Of a stretch of 64,000 nt of DNA, positions 27,877 through 41,273 are shown one piece after another. Source of the DNA: Octopus vulgaris (taxonomy: Eukaryota); assembly GCA_951406725.2 (NCBI GenBank), contig OX597815.1, positions 212,412,001 to 212,476,000 on the forward strand, given 5' to 3'. Under the pieces are notes generated by a model. That model searched no databases, was not told the origin of the DNA, and was given only the letters and a program-made list of their open reading frames with translations. Numbering within the stretch: position 1 is the first letter of the stretch; each line of letters opens with the position of its first letter. Both the position numbers and the translations under genes were made by a program.

Positions 27877-28093
27877 CACACACACACATAAAGTATGTCT
27901 ATAATTAGTTGATGTACTTAAGTAGCAGGATAACTTAGAGAAGCACTATGATCCAGTCCCAGTACCTTACATTCCAGATAGATCTACTTGATACCCTGTG
28001 AGTTATAAGGGTGTGAGTGCAAACACAGATTATCCACTTAAGCATGAAAATTATCAGCTATTTGGAATGGTTAAAATAATTCTAAAGAGCTAA

Positions 28094-28137
<44 letters not shown>

Positions 28138-28920
28138 TCAGTGTCATCAGTGCTGTGTCTCTTTCTGTTTTATAACTTAGTGGTTTGACAATAAGAGTCA
28201 ATAAAGTAAATACTGACTCAATATGTTCCACTAAAACCTAATGAGGGTGGTAATCCAGCATAGCTGCAGTCCAGGAACAAAAGAAGTGAATACACCCCCC
28301 CCACACACACACACCCACACACACACACACACATGCTTGTGCTTTCAAAAAAATGCTTAACCTTCACTCACCAGAAATTATGACCTGATAACATGTAACG
28401 TGTTTTCCCTAATTTATTTAGGCAACAACACAATCACGAGCAAAGACAATTCTTCAGCCTACATATCTTTGACACTGAAGAACATTAAGGATGTAACTGC
28501 TGGAAGAAGAAACAGCTGCTCCTACAGCAGGTTGATAATCAGAGAGCCATTGAGGAGACTGGAGCACCATAAATCAAAGTGCTTTGCTCAAAGTACAACA
28601 TGCTGCCCAATCCAAAAATCGAACCCAAGATTTTAATTGTGAGCCCAACATCCTAACCACTACGTCAAAGACCTTCACACCTATAGGCATATCTCGTTTA
28701 CTCGTTTACTTGTTGCAGTCATTTGACTGCGGCCATGCTGGAGCACTGCCTTATATCTATACTTACAGAGACCTACACACACATATACATACATACATAC
28801 AAATATTATTTAATAACAGATTCAACTCCATATCTCATCAACAAGCTAGGGTCGTACTACAAGACTAGGATACCTAAAGTTGCATGGAATTGAGTATCAT
28901 TTACTTTCATTTGTCCACTC

Positions 28921-28963
<43 letters not shown>

Positions 28964-29696
28964 ATAAACATCATCAACCACATATACTTAATGCATATCT
29001 ATCGTGTGTTTGCCAGCAGGCTGTGATTTAGCACACAGGAGAATATCCTCTCAAAGTTTATAACAGCAGTGCTACTTCTATTTCATATTTGAATATATAT
29101 GATATAATAAAATATATAACATATAATACACACACACATATATATACATATACATACATACATGCTAGAAAAGGACACGATTCAACTCAGTTTTATTGCC
29201 GTAAGTACAGAGGTAGAAGTGAAGGTGAGTAAATGGTTTGCAACTACCAACAACACCATGATGTGCATATATTTCTATCGCTCATAACCTACTTAAAGAC
29301 AAGAAACTTATCCCTTCTCTGCTTTTATAAACGGATAAAATAAACAATAATGCCCGTTAGGATATGGAATTTCACTCAGAGAGTTGCATGGAAGAAAGAG
29401 AACGGAAATGGTGAAGGATTAAGAAGCAGAGCCAAAGAGACACTAAGTAGAAAGGAAATGAAAAGATGGATAGTGAGAAAGTGGAAAATGGAAAAGATGA
29501 GGAGAGAAGCAAGGAAATTCTCCTCCACAGACGAGATGCTGACAGTAATAATTAACCTCAGTATTAAACAAGACAGCCAATGAAGGAGCCTGGAAGAGGT
29601 CGTTCAGTCGATCAGCTTGAAATCTCTCTCAAACCACACTACTGTCTTTGGAAAAAAGGGAATATTTGATAATGTGTTCCTGGGTGCACCATGCTT

Positions 29697-29758
<62 letters not shown>

Positions 29759-30268
29759 ATGACTATAGGCTGACTAAAATTAGGACTGGTTTAGGGGTTA
29801 AACAATATCAACTTTAAAGTCAGCAGTAAATTTATGAGCATGATGACTTGAATTTTAGCATCTTGCCTTATTTGAATAGCTCCACATGCAGACAGATGGC
29901 CATACCAATGTGATACTAAGGTGGTAGACAACAGAAAGCGCAAATTAATTTTTGCCATGCGACCTAAATCAAATTGAGCGATAATAAAGTGATGAAGATA
30001 GAATAAAGGAGAGAGGCAGAGACAGACAGAAGATGAAGTAAAATTCACTTAAATCTTACAAAAACAAAGAAAAAACTGAACATCTTACAAGATTAATAAA
30101 ACAAAAAAAATGTTATCCAAACAAATTCTACTTAAGACTTCATTCACAGTTCTGAAAACGCTCACTTCATTTGAACTGAAAGAGTGCACTTTGTATGTTG
30201 CTGCAGTTTTTTGTTTTTTTTTTTCTTTTTTTCTTTTTACTGTAATGTTAAAAAGAAATACATCTCAC

Positions 30269-30288
30269 CTGATTTTGGCAGAGAGAGT
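30269..30288 (-). CDS. Candidate 20-nt microexon (LSLPKS if phase 2 to 1)
   Basis: Acceptor cattag| and donor CAG|GTGAGA. Confidence 0.25.
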
Positions 30289-30689
30289 CTAATGATATAT
30301 TTTAGATTTCTTTTAGAGAATACATAAACTATCACTCTACAAGTAATACACACATTCCATGAACATATAGCAGTCATACGAGTTAACAAAGGAGCCTTTA
30401 CTTTATAGCTTGATCTGCTAGAAATAGCAGGCAAGTTACCTTCAAACTACACCTAACCAACTTGACACACTGAATAAAGTAACCCTTGATAATACTGTCT
30501 GAACTAAGAAAAAAAACATTGCTGAAATGTTTTTGTCAATGCTCACATAAGAGCTAAGCAAGGATGACATGACAGTCATACTAAAATAATAATAATTGGT
30601 GATGGTCTTTTAAGGAAAGAAAATATTCTAAACATGGAAAGCAATTTCCGTTTCTCTGTTGCAAAATTTCTAAAATAGACATAATTCTT

Positions 30690-31112
30690 ATTTTGGTACA
30701 AATCTAGCAACTTTGAGGGGTGGGGGAGTCAATTACATCGACTCTGGTGCTTGACCGTTACTCATTTTATCAACCCTGAAAGGTGGATAGGCAAAGTTGG
30801 CCTTGACAGAATTTGAATTCAGGACATAAAGACAGATGAAGTGCCTCTAAGCATTCTGCCCAGTGTGCCAACAATTCTACAAGCTTGCTAAAGGCATAAC
30901 AACAACAATAATAATCTTTTCTACTTTAGGCATAAGGAGTGGGGATGATTAATTACAATGACCCCAGTGCTCAATGGATACTTATTGTATTGATTCCCAA
31001 AAGGATTAAAGGCAAAGCCAACCTTGGAGGAATATGAACTCACAACATAAAGACAGACAAAATGCTTAGCAGCATCTTGTCTGGCATGCTAATGGTTTTG
31101 CCAGTTTGCCAC
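30690..31112 (-). mobile_element. Two tandem copies of a further tRNA-SINE family (others ~15935-16120, 35140-35320, 56410-56625)
   Basis: Shared gaccccagtgctcaa..ggcaaagt..gaatttgaactcagaacataaagacagac. B box GAGTTCAAATTC on the minus strand. Confidence 0.75.
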
Positions 31113-31168
31113 AGCAACAACAACAAAACGAATAATAGAAACACACGGAAGAGAAACATACAGCTCAC

Positions 31169-31209
31169 TCTTATCGAATATGGAGAACACGAAATCAAGA
31201 CAGCAGACC
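31169..31209 (-). CDS. Candidate 41-nt exon (VCCLDFVFSIFDK if phase 2 to 1)
   Basis: Branch point gCTAAC, pyrimidine tract and catag| acceptor. Donor |GTGAGC. Confidence 0.35.
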
Positions 31210-34200
31210 CTATGTGGATGAAAACAAGTTAGCAAATGTTAGGAAGGATATCTCTACAAATGAACAATCTGAAGAGATAGCTTTCTAAATGAACAATCTG
31301 GTGTGTTTATTTTAATGGCCTACCAATGTATACAGTGACTGTTTTTTTGCCCTAGGTGTCGGGAAGACACTTGGCAGGAAATGGAAACAAAACTGAAAGA
31401 AGAGGATGATGATGATGATAATAATAATAATAATGATGATAATAATAATAATTGTGTAACGATAATTTCTAAGATAGGTATAAGGCCAGAAATTTGGGGG
31501 AAAAGGGTTTTAATTAATTAAATGTACTGTATTTTATCCCCTGGCTGTTCAGTTTGTCAACACTGGAAGGATGGAAAGTAAACCAAGGAATCCCAACAAT
31601 GAAGTAATTTATTAATTAATTTGTATTTTTATACTCACATTCACTTAAAAAACAAACAAAAAACTAAAAATAAAAAAATTTTAAGAAAAATAAATAACAA
31701 AAAAATTTGAGGTAACTTCCAGAAGGAACTAAAATTAAGCTTTTCTGTAAATGCATGTACATTTTAATTGGATAATTAAGAACATGGATAACTATTTTTT
31801 TATTTGTTTTTTTTTTTAATTTAAAACAAAGATGCATTATCAGATACGTATTAGAAAAAAAAATTACAGCATCAGAAACAACAGGAAAAATCTTTAAAGA
31901 AATTGAAGGTAACAAATATATTTACAACAATTTACCAAAGACTACTTTAAGAAGTTAAACTATTTCAAATTATTATCCATAAAAGAACCAGAGGATGAAG
32001 TAAATTATAAATCATTTTGAAAATTAAGGAAAAAACGAAAGATTGATGTAATTTAAGTAAAAAAAAAGTAAAACTTGACTGTTTTTTTCTTCTTATTTTC
32101 AACTGTTTTTAACTTAGCCAATCGTTAATTGAAGTGAATGAATGAAAACAAAATAATTACCCGGAGTGATGGTCGTTTGTATTCGTTTAGGAGTAGAAGG
32201 TACACGAAAACATGAAAAATTCTATAGACAAGTTTCACTAAGAACAGTAGCAGAGGATTTTTTCTTTTATAGAAGCAGCCACTGAGCAGAAATGTTCCTT
32301 TCTATAAATTCCCCTGACAAAAAAATGTTCCACCTACAACAGCCCCACCTAGGCTGTGCACCCTCCAGCAGCGTTCTAGCCATGAATAGAGGCTGCCCAC
32401 TTTAATCTGTTTATGATCTAACACAGGAAGTAGAAAACATGTCAAAAGATGCCAGGTTAGAATATAAACAATGTTTATCCTACCAACACTGACACACCAT
32501 CCTGACTACAGAACAAACTGGAAAGATTTCAAGAAAAGAGAAACAGAGGGAAGAAGCATGATAGCATGGGAGTGGCGGAGGGAGAGGCACGGAGCTTTTA
32601 AAGATAGCAGAAGTACTATTTTAGAAGAAAGAGAGAGAGAGAGAGAGAGAGATCAAAGTAAAATACTGACAATAAAGCAAAGTGATTAAAATTACTGATT
32701 TAAATAAACACTTATGAAGAGATATAAAAACTTACAGCTAAAAAAAAAAATTAAAACTTATAATAATCTGTTGGCATATCAAAAAATACATGCAATTATT
32801 GAGAAATTGAAATGTAATGGTTACAGTGAAGCAAAATAAATAAAAATTAATAATAATAACAACAACAACAATAATAAAATGAAAAAATTATTATTAATTA
32901 AAAGATTAAAAAAAAAAAAGAAATATGTATGCCAATAGGCTGACCTTTAAGGTAAGTGGAGTCAAATTTCTCTCTCAAAAATAGCATTAACAGCTGCAGT
33001 GAAGCATGGATTTATGATCCAAGACATAGAAGATCTCTTAATAATTTATTTACTGCTGTGTTTTACAAAGATATACAGAAAAAAAAAACTAGCTTTAAGT
33101 TTATAAATGACTGCTACGTAATCCAAATTCTCTTAGTTCCATCATCAATTGAAGTAAAATACCTTATACAAAAATATCCACACCAAAATAAAACGTTATA
33201 GAAACTCTTGTAAAATATAAAAGAAAAACCAGAGCCGGCAAAAAGCACGATATACCTGCAAGGTAAAGAGGTTACACAAACATTGGCACCAAGGAGCACA
33301 CAAATACAAACTTTTCCGGATAGACTGCCAGCTCTCAGGTTTCTCAGATTTAAATAGAATCCAATTTACTTGCTATATACGTTAACAGATATCCTCCGTC
33401 TATTGCATTGATAAAGGTTCGACATTTTAAAACACATTCGTTGATGAATATTCAACCAGAGCCGTTTCGAGTTCTTTAGCCAGTTTAAGTTCACTTCTAG
33501 ACCAATGAATACAAACTGGTTAAATCACCACAGCCCGTTAAAACCTCAAGTGAAGAAAGTAAAGGAAAGAGAAGTAGAGAAGGAAGGACAAGACTCAGAT
33601 GCTGTGGAATCAAAATATACAACAGACACACCATTCATAAATATGGTTTTTGTCTTTTTCTTCAAATAATTCAAGTAGAAATTCTGAAGAATTATCTTCA
33701 AGAAACTCTATGTTCACTTAGTGCTTTGAGTAATATTGTAAACTGAGACACACAAATTTTGTATTCATACCCGAAATCTTTAAAGTTCTCTGGAAGTAAT
33801 CAACTTCCAGCAATAACAGTAAGAAAACAATTCTTCTGTTTACAGCCATGTCCCCCAATCTCTCTCTCTCTCTCTCTCAGCCAAGAGATTCTTGCCTTGC
33901 AAGCTCGTGGGTGCTGGTGCCAGGTAAAATACACCCATCCTGGTGCCAGGTAAAAAGCACCCATGCTGGTGCGAAATAATAAGCACCTATACTGATTCCA
34001 CATAATAGCACTGGTACCGGTGCCACATAAAAAGCACTCAGTACACTCTGTAAAGTAGTCGGCATTAAGAAGGGCATCCAACCATAGAAACCATCCCAAA
34101 ACAGAGAATTGGAGCCTAGCGCACCTCTCCAGCTGGCCAGCAAACTGTCCGACCCATGGAAAACAGACATTAAATGATGATGATGATAGAGGGAAGAAAA

Positions 34201-34253
34201 CAATAGCTTTCAAATTAATCGTTGAAAATAAGCTCATTTATTGAGTATTATTA

Positions 34254-34457
34254 TACTCTTTTACTTGTTTCAGTCATTTGACTGCGGCCATGCTGGAGCA
34301 CCGCCTTTAGTCGAGCAAATCGACCTCGGGACTTATTCTTTGTAAGCCCAGTACTTATTCTATCGGCCTCTTTTTGCCGAACCGCTAAGTGACGGGGACG
34401 TAAACACACTAGCATCGGTTGTCAAGCAATGCTAGGGGGACAAACACAGACACACAA

Positions 34458-34490
<33 letters not shown>

Positions 34491-34654
34491 CGACAGGCTT
34501 CTTTCAGTTTCTGTCTACCAAATCCACTCACAAGGCATTGGTCGGCCCGGGGCTATTGCAGAAGACACTTGCCCAAGATGCCACGCAGTGGGACTGAACC
34601 TGGAACCATGTGGTTGGTTAGCATGCTACTTACCACACAGCCACTCCTGCGCCT
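34254..34654 (-). mobile_element. SINE family A, full length
   Basis: Homology to other copies. Confidence 0.9.
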
Positions 34655-35329
34655 ATTAATATATTAATGATTATATATTAAGGAAAATATAATTATAAGT
34701 AATTCTGTATTGAATACAGTACAATGCTGAAAATGAAATTATTTGTTACTATAATTAATCTATTTGGGAGAAGCCTCAGATATTTTCTCTTAAATTCTTT
34801 TCTGTAGCCAATGAGAAATTCTAACTACAAGAATGGAGTATCCTGGAAGTTCTTCACCAGACTTTAGAGTGGAAATATACTTTTGGTATACTTGTAGATT
34901 TGCCAAACTGTTAGGTTGTAATATAATAGAGTTACTCTCCATCTTTTCAGAATCCAGCACAGAGTTTTATCTCTAAAGAATTAAGTTATTCACGTTAGTT
35001 CACAACTACAATATATCTATACCTGGTAATTCTTTCTTGATATTTTTTCTACTCTACTTTCTTTTTTTCTTTATTATCAATTGAATAAAACCCAAAAAAA
35101 TATTAATTTAGGAATCCAGTAAGCCTGAATATTAATCTCAAATTTTGACACAAGGTTAGCAAGTTTGTAGGAGGGGGGAGTACGTCAATTACATCAACCC
35201 CAGTGCTCTACTGATACTTATTTTACCGATTCCTCAAAAGGACGAAGGGCAAAGTTGACCTTGGCAGAATTTGAACTCAGAACATAAAGGCAGACAAAAC
35301 GCTGCAATGTATTTCGCCAAGTAAGTATA

Positions 35330-35550
35330 GATACTAGAGATGTACTTGCATAGCAAGTGACCTGATCTGAGATCGTGTGCTGGAACAAAAACAATTGCAA
35401 CATGGAAGGTGTTTACAAGCCATTTAAGAAACACACAAAAACCGTTAGATTCACTTCAACATTTAAATTTAATTTGTCAAAATATTTTCATCGCTTTGAG
35501 ACTGCGACCTGTTCGCTGACAAAACTCCAGAGTTTTGTCAAACGGTTTTT
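35330..35550 (-). mobile_element. PLE terminal fragment with inverted junction, abutting a SINE
   Basis: Contains the hammerhead. tgacaaaact/agttttgtca and aaaaaccgtt/aacggttttt are inverted segments. Confidence 0.55.
35473..35523 (-). ncRNA. Minimal type I hammerhead motif, G3-C8 variant
   Basis: UUUGUCA-GCGAACA-G-GUCGC-AGUCUCAAA-GCGAU-GAAAAUAUUU-UGACAAA. Perfect 7-bp stem I, 5-bp stem II, palindromic AAUAUU stem III. U4C mutation. Confidence 0.65.
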
Positions 35551-36799
35551 GAGTATAAATACTATAAATCTGAAACAATTTTCAATGGTTTGTCTCAAAA
35601 CAAATTTAGTGAAACAATGGTTTGTCTCAAAATTCAAACTGTGAATTCAAATTTGTTCTTATATACATTGAAGAAAGTAAAATCTGGTTAAAAATGTAAG
35701 CAATAAAATTATCTACTGATGAGTTCTTAATGGACAATTAATTAAACCCCATAATTCCAAACAGGAATATGAAAATTATGTCATGACTTAGATTAGAATT
35801 AATCAAAACACACCACTCAGTTTTAAAATATTTATAAAAAGGGAAAGAAGCAGGGGATCTTAGAGACAGGCAGAATTAAGGGCACTGTTTCTAGCACCTT
35901 CCTAGGAATTTGGGTGAGCATTGCTCTCCCTCAAAAGGGTTGCTCAGTCACTAGAATCTCCACTGGAGTTGGTCCCTGTCAGGGGAATGCATGATAATGG
36001 TGTTTGGGTAACACTCCTGTTACCCTGGGGCAGATTTACAACAGTGTGCTTCCAGCTGATTAAATTTACACAGTTCACCACTCTGTCATCGCTAAAGGAC
36101 TTTTAGCAGTTAAAATGAGAGAGAGGGGTGGTGGGGGGGGGCAAAAGAAGGGGGGGGATCCATTCATATGACAATTAGCTTTGTACTTTATAATAAACAC
36201 AGAAACAATAAGGTAAATATACGGTGTTGTGGCCAGCTGTTGTTAGCACCTGACATTTAAATTGCAATGTTTTAGTTTCTGAAACAATTAAGAAAGGAAT
36301 CCAATGTATCCGATTACATTTTCAACTCACAGACAATAACTAATAACATAAGATAATACCTTTAGCTGTCAATCTAGGTGTGTATGAGTACATACCTTGA
36401 TATAGATTTGATTTTACAAGTGAGCAATATTTACTGTTTTTTTATTTACACTTTTGTTTCATCTTTTATACATGTACAAATATACAAGTGTGTGTATGTG
36501 TGAATATACATATATACATAAGCGTCAGCCTCACCTGGCCCCCGTGCCGGTGGCACATAAAAAGCACCCACTACACTCATGGAGTGGTTGGTGTTAGGAA
36601 GGGCATCCAGCCATAGAAACATTGCCAGATCAGACTGGGCCTGGTGCAGCCTTCTGGCTTCCCAGACCCCAGTTGAACCGTCCAACCCATGCTAGCATGG
36701 AAAGCGGACGCTAAACGATGATGATATATATATGTACATGTATGTGTATTTATATATATATATATGTACATGTGTGTGTATTTATATATATATATATAT

Positions 36800-37378
36800 T
36801 CAAATTAATATCTAATTTCTCACCCTCATTTTAAATTTAAATTTAAATTAATACGTTCTCTAACTGGCAAAGGCCGCTGCAGTAAAGTATTATCTGCAGC
36901 ATCAGTTTTTCCGGTAATTTAGTGCGCCAAAGCGAGGACATTTGAAATAGTAGCCACGAGTGTAATGGGTAGGACTGTTTTAAAAGTCTGACTTTGTGCG
37001 GACGTCCGAGTATGCAGTCCTGCAAATTATATTCATTTGGACAGTCGTACCGATGATCTACGGACATTTATGTAAGTAAACTTACGTAATATGTTAATAG
37101 TGAAACATGTCTGTGAATAATCCATATTTTTATTGCTTTTTCTTTTGTCTTGCTCGATTACGTTTTGGTTGTTTTGCTAAACTTTTCTTGAGAACATTTC
37201 TTAGTGGTAAGACCTTAGCAGATCTATTTCTAGCATAAGGGTGTCCACATAGTGGTTTCCCTCTAATATGTATATAATACAATTTTACTGAACCTTCAGT
37301 TTTTTATATGCTAGATCACTGGTGTGAAATCAATGTTAATCAAATTAATATCTAATTTCTCACCCTCATTTTCAAGTT
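36800..37378. mobile_element. 540-bp unit with a 33-bp terminal direct repeat inside (TA)n; PLE- or retrozyme-like
   Basis: tcaaattaatatctaatttctcaccctcatttt is identical at 36800-36832 and 37340-37372. Interior retains CpGs. Confidence 0.55.
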
Positions 37379-38056
37379 ATATATATATATATATGAATAA
37401 GTACAAATATTAGTACACTAATATTAGTCCAAATAAGTACACTATCACAATAAAAACCTGAGAGAGGGAGAAAGAGAGAGAGAGAGAACAAATAAAAACT
37501 AGCAATTATAGATCTTACCTTCAAGGAACATCACATTTCTTCAAAAATAATAGCTATGCTCTTTCTCATATATATATATATATACATATACACATACACA
37601 CAAACATAACAAAGGGATTTAGGTAATCACCTTCATTAGCTTATAAGTCTTTCTGCTTTTAGAGATATCACCCTAAAGCATAAGTATATTGAGTTCTAAC
37701 AGCCAACTATTAGTATTGCTATACCTTTGCTATATATATATATATATATATATATATAGCTCTGTAAATAAAACCTTGAAGAGTAGAAATAAATGTTGGT
37801 TATGGTTTAATTTAAATGAAAGACTAGAAATATTGTTAGCAGCAAAGAAAATTTTAGGAAGTTTCTCAATTAGTGCAAGAATAATTGTATGGCATATCAA
37901 AGAAAGCCTGAAATTGAATTTTAAGGTTTTAAGGTTCCGAATAAGGTATAGTTAAAGAAAGGTTCTGAATAAGGTATAGTCAAAGAAAGAAGGGGAACAT
38001 ATAGTCTAGGAATAGAATAAGGATTGTAAGATGTTTGGAAAGAAGTAGATGTTAAT

Positions 38057-38095
<39 letters not shown>

Positions 38096-39024
38096 GTATG
38101 ATGGAATACATAAGATTCGTGAATCCATGATGATACTATATTTTCCAGCATACAAATGAAATTTTTCAGGCCAAAATTTACTGCCAAAAAAGGTAAGTTG
38201 ACTTTGGAAGACCATAAATTCTCTGTGAAAAGCAGGAGGATTTGGAAACATAGTGACACTGTTTTAATGTTTACATAACATGTTTACTATAAAGTACACC
38301 AAATTGTATGCCAGAAAATAAAGTTTCCCACACACTTTACTCAAACATTTATTCTGTTGCTTGGTAGGGCTTAGTTGTTGTGTCTGGAGGAAAGAGCGAT
38401 GCTCATGACCTTCACAGGCCAGCCCAGGCTGCTGGTGAGATTGATGTAATTAATGATCCCCTTGAACCTTTTAAAGTCAACATATGCAACAGAGACATGA
38501 GCAGGGTGGGAAATCCAGTGGGCCAATGTACCGAGAAGGAAGGGTTAAGTGTAGAGATAAGCAAATGGTGGAGTGGGGGACACAACAAGGGTGACGAGAA
38601 GGAATAAATGGGTAAGAGCAGAGGCCATTATATTGTATTTGATATAGGTGGTTAAGGATAAAATATATTTTCTCCATGAGTAAGTAAAATATCCTCAAAG
38701 CAAATTTCCTTATACCAAATACATAATTATATTCAAGCTTAAAAGCAAGACTACATATGTATAAATGGATGGAAGAATGGGTTGATAGATTGATAGATAG
38801 ATAGACAGACAGACAGGTAAAAAGACAGATATCTGCTTCCTCTGCTAGTATGGGCTGGACAGGTCATCACAAACCAAATTAGTTCTTCACATGACAGCAA
38901 ACCACATCTAATACATGCCATTTTTGGTATATATATTTTTTGTTAACCTTTTCGGTTTTTTTTTTTGTCTTTTTTTTTATGCCCTCTCTTTACAGAGTAT
39001 ACTGGGTGCATTTTATCACAGGAC

Positions 39025-39370
39025 CAGAGCGGCTAACTGACGTTCATACTAGTGGCACGTAAAATGTACCATTCGAGCGTGATCGTTATCAGCGTCGCCT
39101 TACTGGCACTTGTGCCAGTGTGCAGGTGACATGTAAAAAAACACGATTTTTTCGTGGGCGTTGCCAGTACCACCTGGCTGGCCCTTGTGCCAGTGGCATG
39201 TAAAAGCATCCACTACACTCTCGGAGTGGTTGGTGTTAGGAAGGGCATCCAGCTGTAGAAACTCTGCCAGATCAGATTGGAGCCTGGTGCAGCCATCTGG
39301 TTTGCCAGTCCTCAGTCAAATCGTCTAACCCATGCTAGCATGGAAAGTGGACATTAAACACTGATGATGA
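39025..39370 (+). mobile_element. Retroposon with RTE-like 3' tail ending in (GAT)n (other copies ~5150-5330, 33900-34190, 36525-36725)
   Basis: Shared ggtgttaggaagggcatccagc..acccatgctagcatggaaa..taaacgatgatgat and repeated gtggcacgtaaaagcacc units. Confidence 0.75.
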
Positions 39371-40074
39371 CCATCCCTAGAGATCTGAAGAGACCTCTTA
39401 ATTCTATGCTGCCTGCACTCATTCGCCAACAACTTTAGAGAGTGCATCACAAGCATTTTACCAGAGCACCAGCACTAATGAGGTTGCCTTGAATCTTGCA
39501 AGACAAAAACCATTCTCACTACTCTTATGTTATCTCCCTTTGTTCAAGGAAACATAGCCAAAAGGGTGAATATAAGAGAGTGAAAGGTGCAAGAGTATGA
39601 CAGGGGAACAAAGAGAGTAGGGCAAGAGACTGGTAGCGGGAGGAGTAACAGAAGAGACAGTGTTTGAGGGAGTAAGAGATAAGAGGTAATATTGATAGGA
39701 TGTGATGGAAGAGAGGGTGTCATGATAGCTACATGTTTTTTTGGTAAGAGCAAAGGAGAGAGAGAGAAAAAGAGAGAGATAAAGAAAGAAAGAGAGAGAG
39801 AGAGAGAGAGATGAGAGTGGATAGTTGTAAAGATGGATAATGGTAAGAGAGAGTGATGCTGGTCAGTGATAAGTGATGTAGAGGAGAGGGAGTGAGAAGG
39901 TGTTGGTGGGAGGGTATTTAGAAATGAACAGATCCGATGCAATCCCATGGTACACAGGCATCGTAGTAAAGGTGGTAGGTGGATTGAGTACAGACAGATT
40001 CATTGACATCGGTTGTTATGTAAGCAACAGAGTACAGTAAACAGGAGAGGGAATAAGAGAGATAAGATCGTGTG

Positions 40075-40160
<86 letters not shown>
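40075..40160. repeat. (GT)n microsatellite
   Basis: Visible directly in the sequence. Confidence 0.95.
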
Positions 40161-40162
<2 letters not shown>

Positions 40163-40267
40163 TGTGCTTCTGCACTGACGTAATCTAATGTAAATTTATA
40201 GACACAAACCCTGACAAATTAAATTTGTGAAAATAGAAATCCATTCAGTTGCTTATTAAAACCTTAC

Positions 40268-40298
40268 CTGCACAAAAGTGAGCCACGTTTCAGATTGT
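40268..40298 (-). CDS. Candidate 31-nt exon (NLKRGSLLCR, phase 1 to 2)
   Basis: Acceptor ctctcttacttctctacattatattctatgtag| and strong donor CAG|GTAAGG. Frame compatible with the giant exon. Confidence 0.4.
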
Positions 40299-40834
40299 CT
40301 ACATAGAATATAATGTAGAGAAGTAAGAGAGCACCAAATCGTAATAATAAAATTCTCATTTAAGCCTATGTATGGAAAATTAACAGTAGCACAAGGCATC
40401 AATTTTTAAAGTAAGGTCAGTTTCAAAAATTCTTCCCAGTCTTACATATTTCCAACTGACATTCCCCAAAAACTTGAAGTTGGGCATCAACAGACATGGA
40501 CAATCTTTATCAGACATGGACAATCTTTATTAAAAGATGTAGGCTGCATGAAACATGGATTATGATCAAGTAGGCTGCACTACTTAAAGTAAATTCAAGA
40601 TTAATTTTTCATTGAGAAAGTCCTGCAGGCAACGGTTTTCCCCTGACTGAGCTACAGCAACCTCAAATTGGAATCATCATGGTCGGAAATCTATTGAATT
40701 GGAGATGTCTTACAGCTAAACAACAACAATCATCACCACCACCACCACCACCACCATCATCAGTATCATAGCCATGCTACCATTGTTTCACTTTTTTTAA
40801 TGCTGGCATGGGTTAGATGAGATATTTTTGTAGT

Positions 40835-41000
40835 AGGCGCAGGGGTGGCTGTGTGGTAAGTAGCTTGCTTACCAACAACATGGTTCTGGGTTCAATCCCA
40901 CTGCGTGACACCTTGGGCAAGTGTCTTCTATTATAGCTTCGGGCCAACCAAAGCCTTGTGAGTGGATTTGGTAGATGGAAACTGAAAGAACCCCGTCGTA

Positions 41001-41046
<46 letters not shown>

Positions 41047-41273
41047 TGTGTATGTGTATATGTTTGTGTGTCTGTGTTTGTCCCCACAACATCACTTGAC
41101 AACCAATGGTGGTGTGTTTACGTCCCCGTAACTTAGTGGTTCGACAAAAGAGACCACTAGAATAAGTACTAGGCTTCCAAAGAATAAGTATTGGGGTCGA
41201 TTTGCTTGACTAAAAGGTTGTGCTCCAGCATGGCCGCAGTCAAATGACTGAAACAAGTAAAAGAGTAAAAGAG
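40835..41273 (+). mobile_element. SINE family A, full length, probable GTAGT target-site duplication
   Basis: Homology to other copies. gtagt on both sides. Confidence 0.9.

Noticed and set aside
33906-34045. Short regularly spaced repeats resembling a CRISPR array
   Set aside because: Eukaryotic context, no unique spacers or cas genes, and part of a retroposon.
36845-36920. Possible hammerhead in the terminally redundant element
   Set aside because: Stems exist, but the junction CCGGAAA/AGAGAAC mismatches several invariant core positions.
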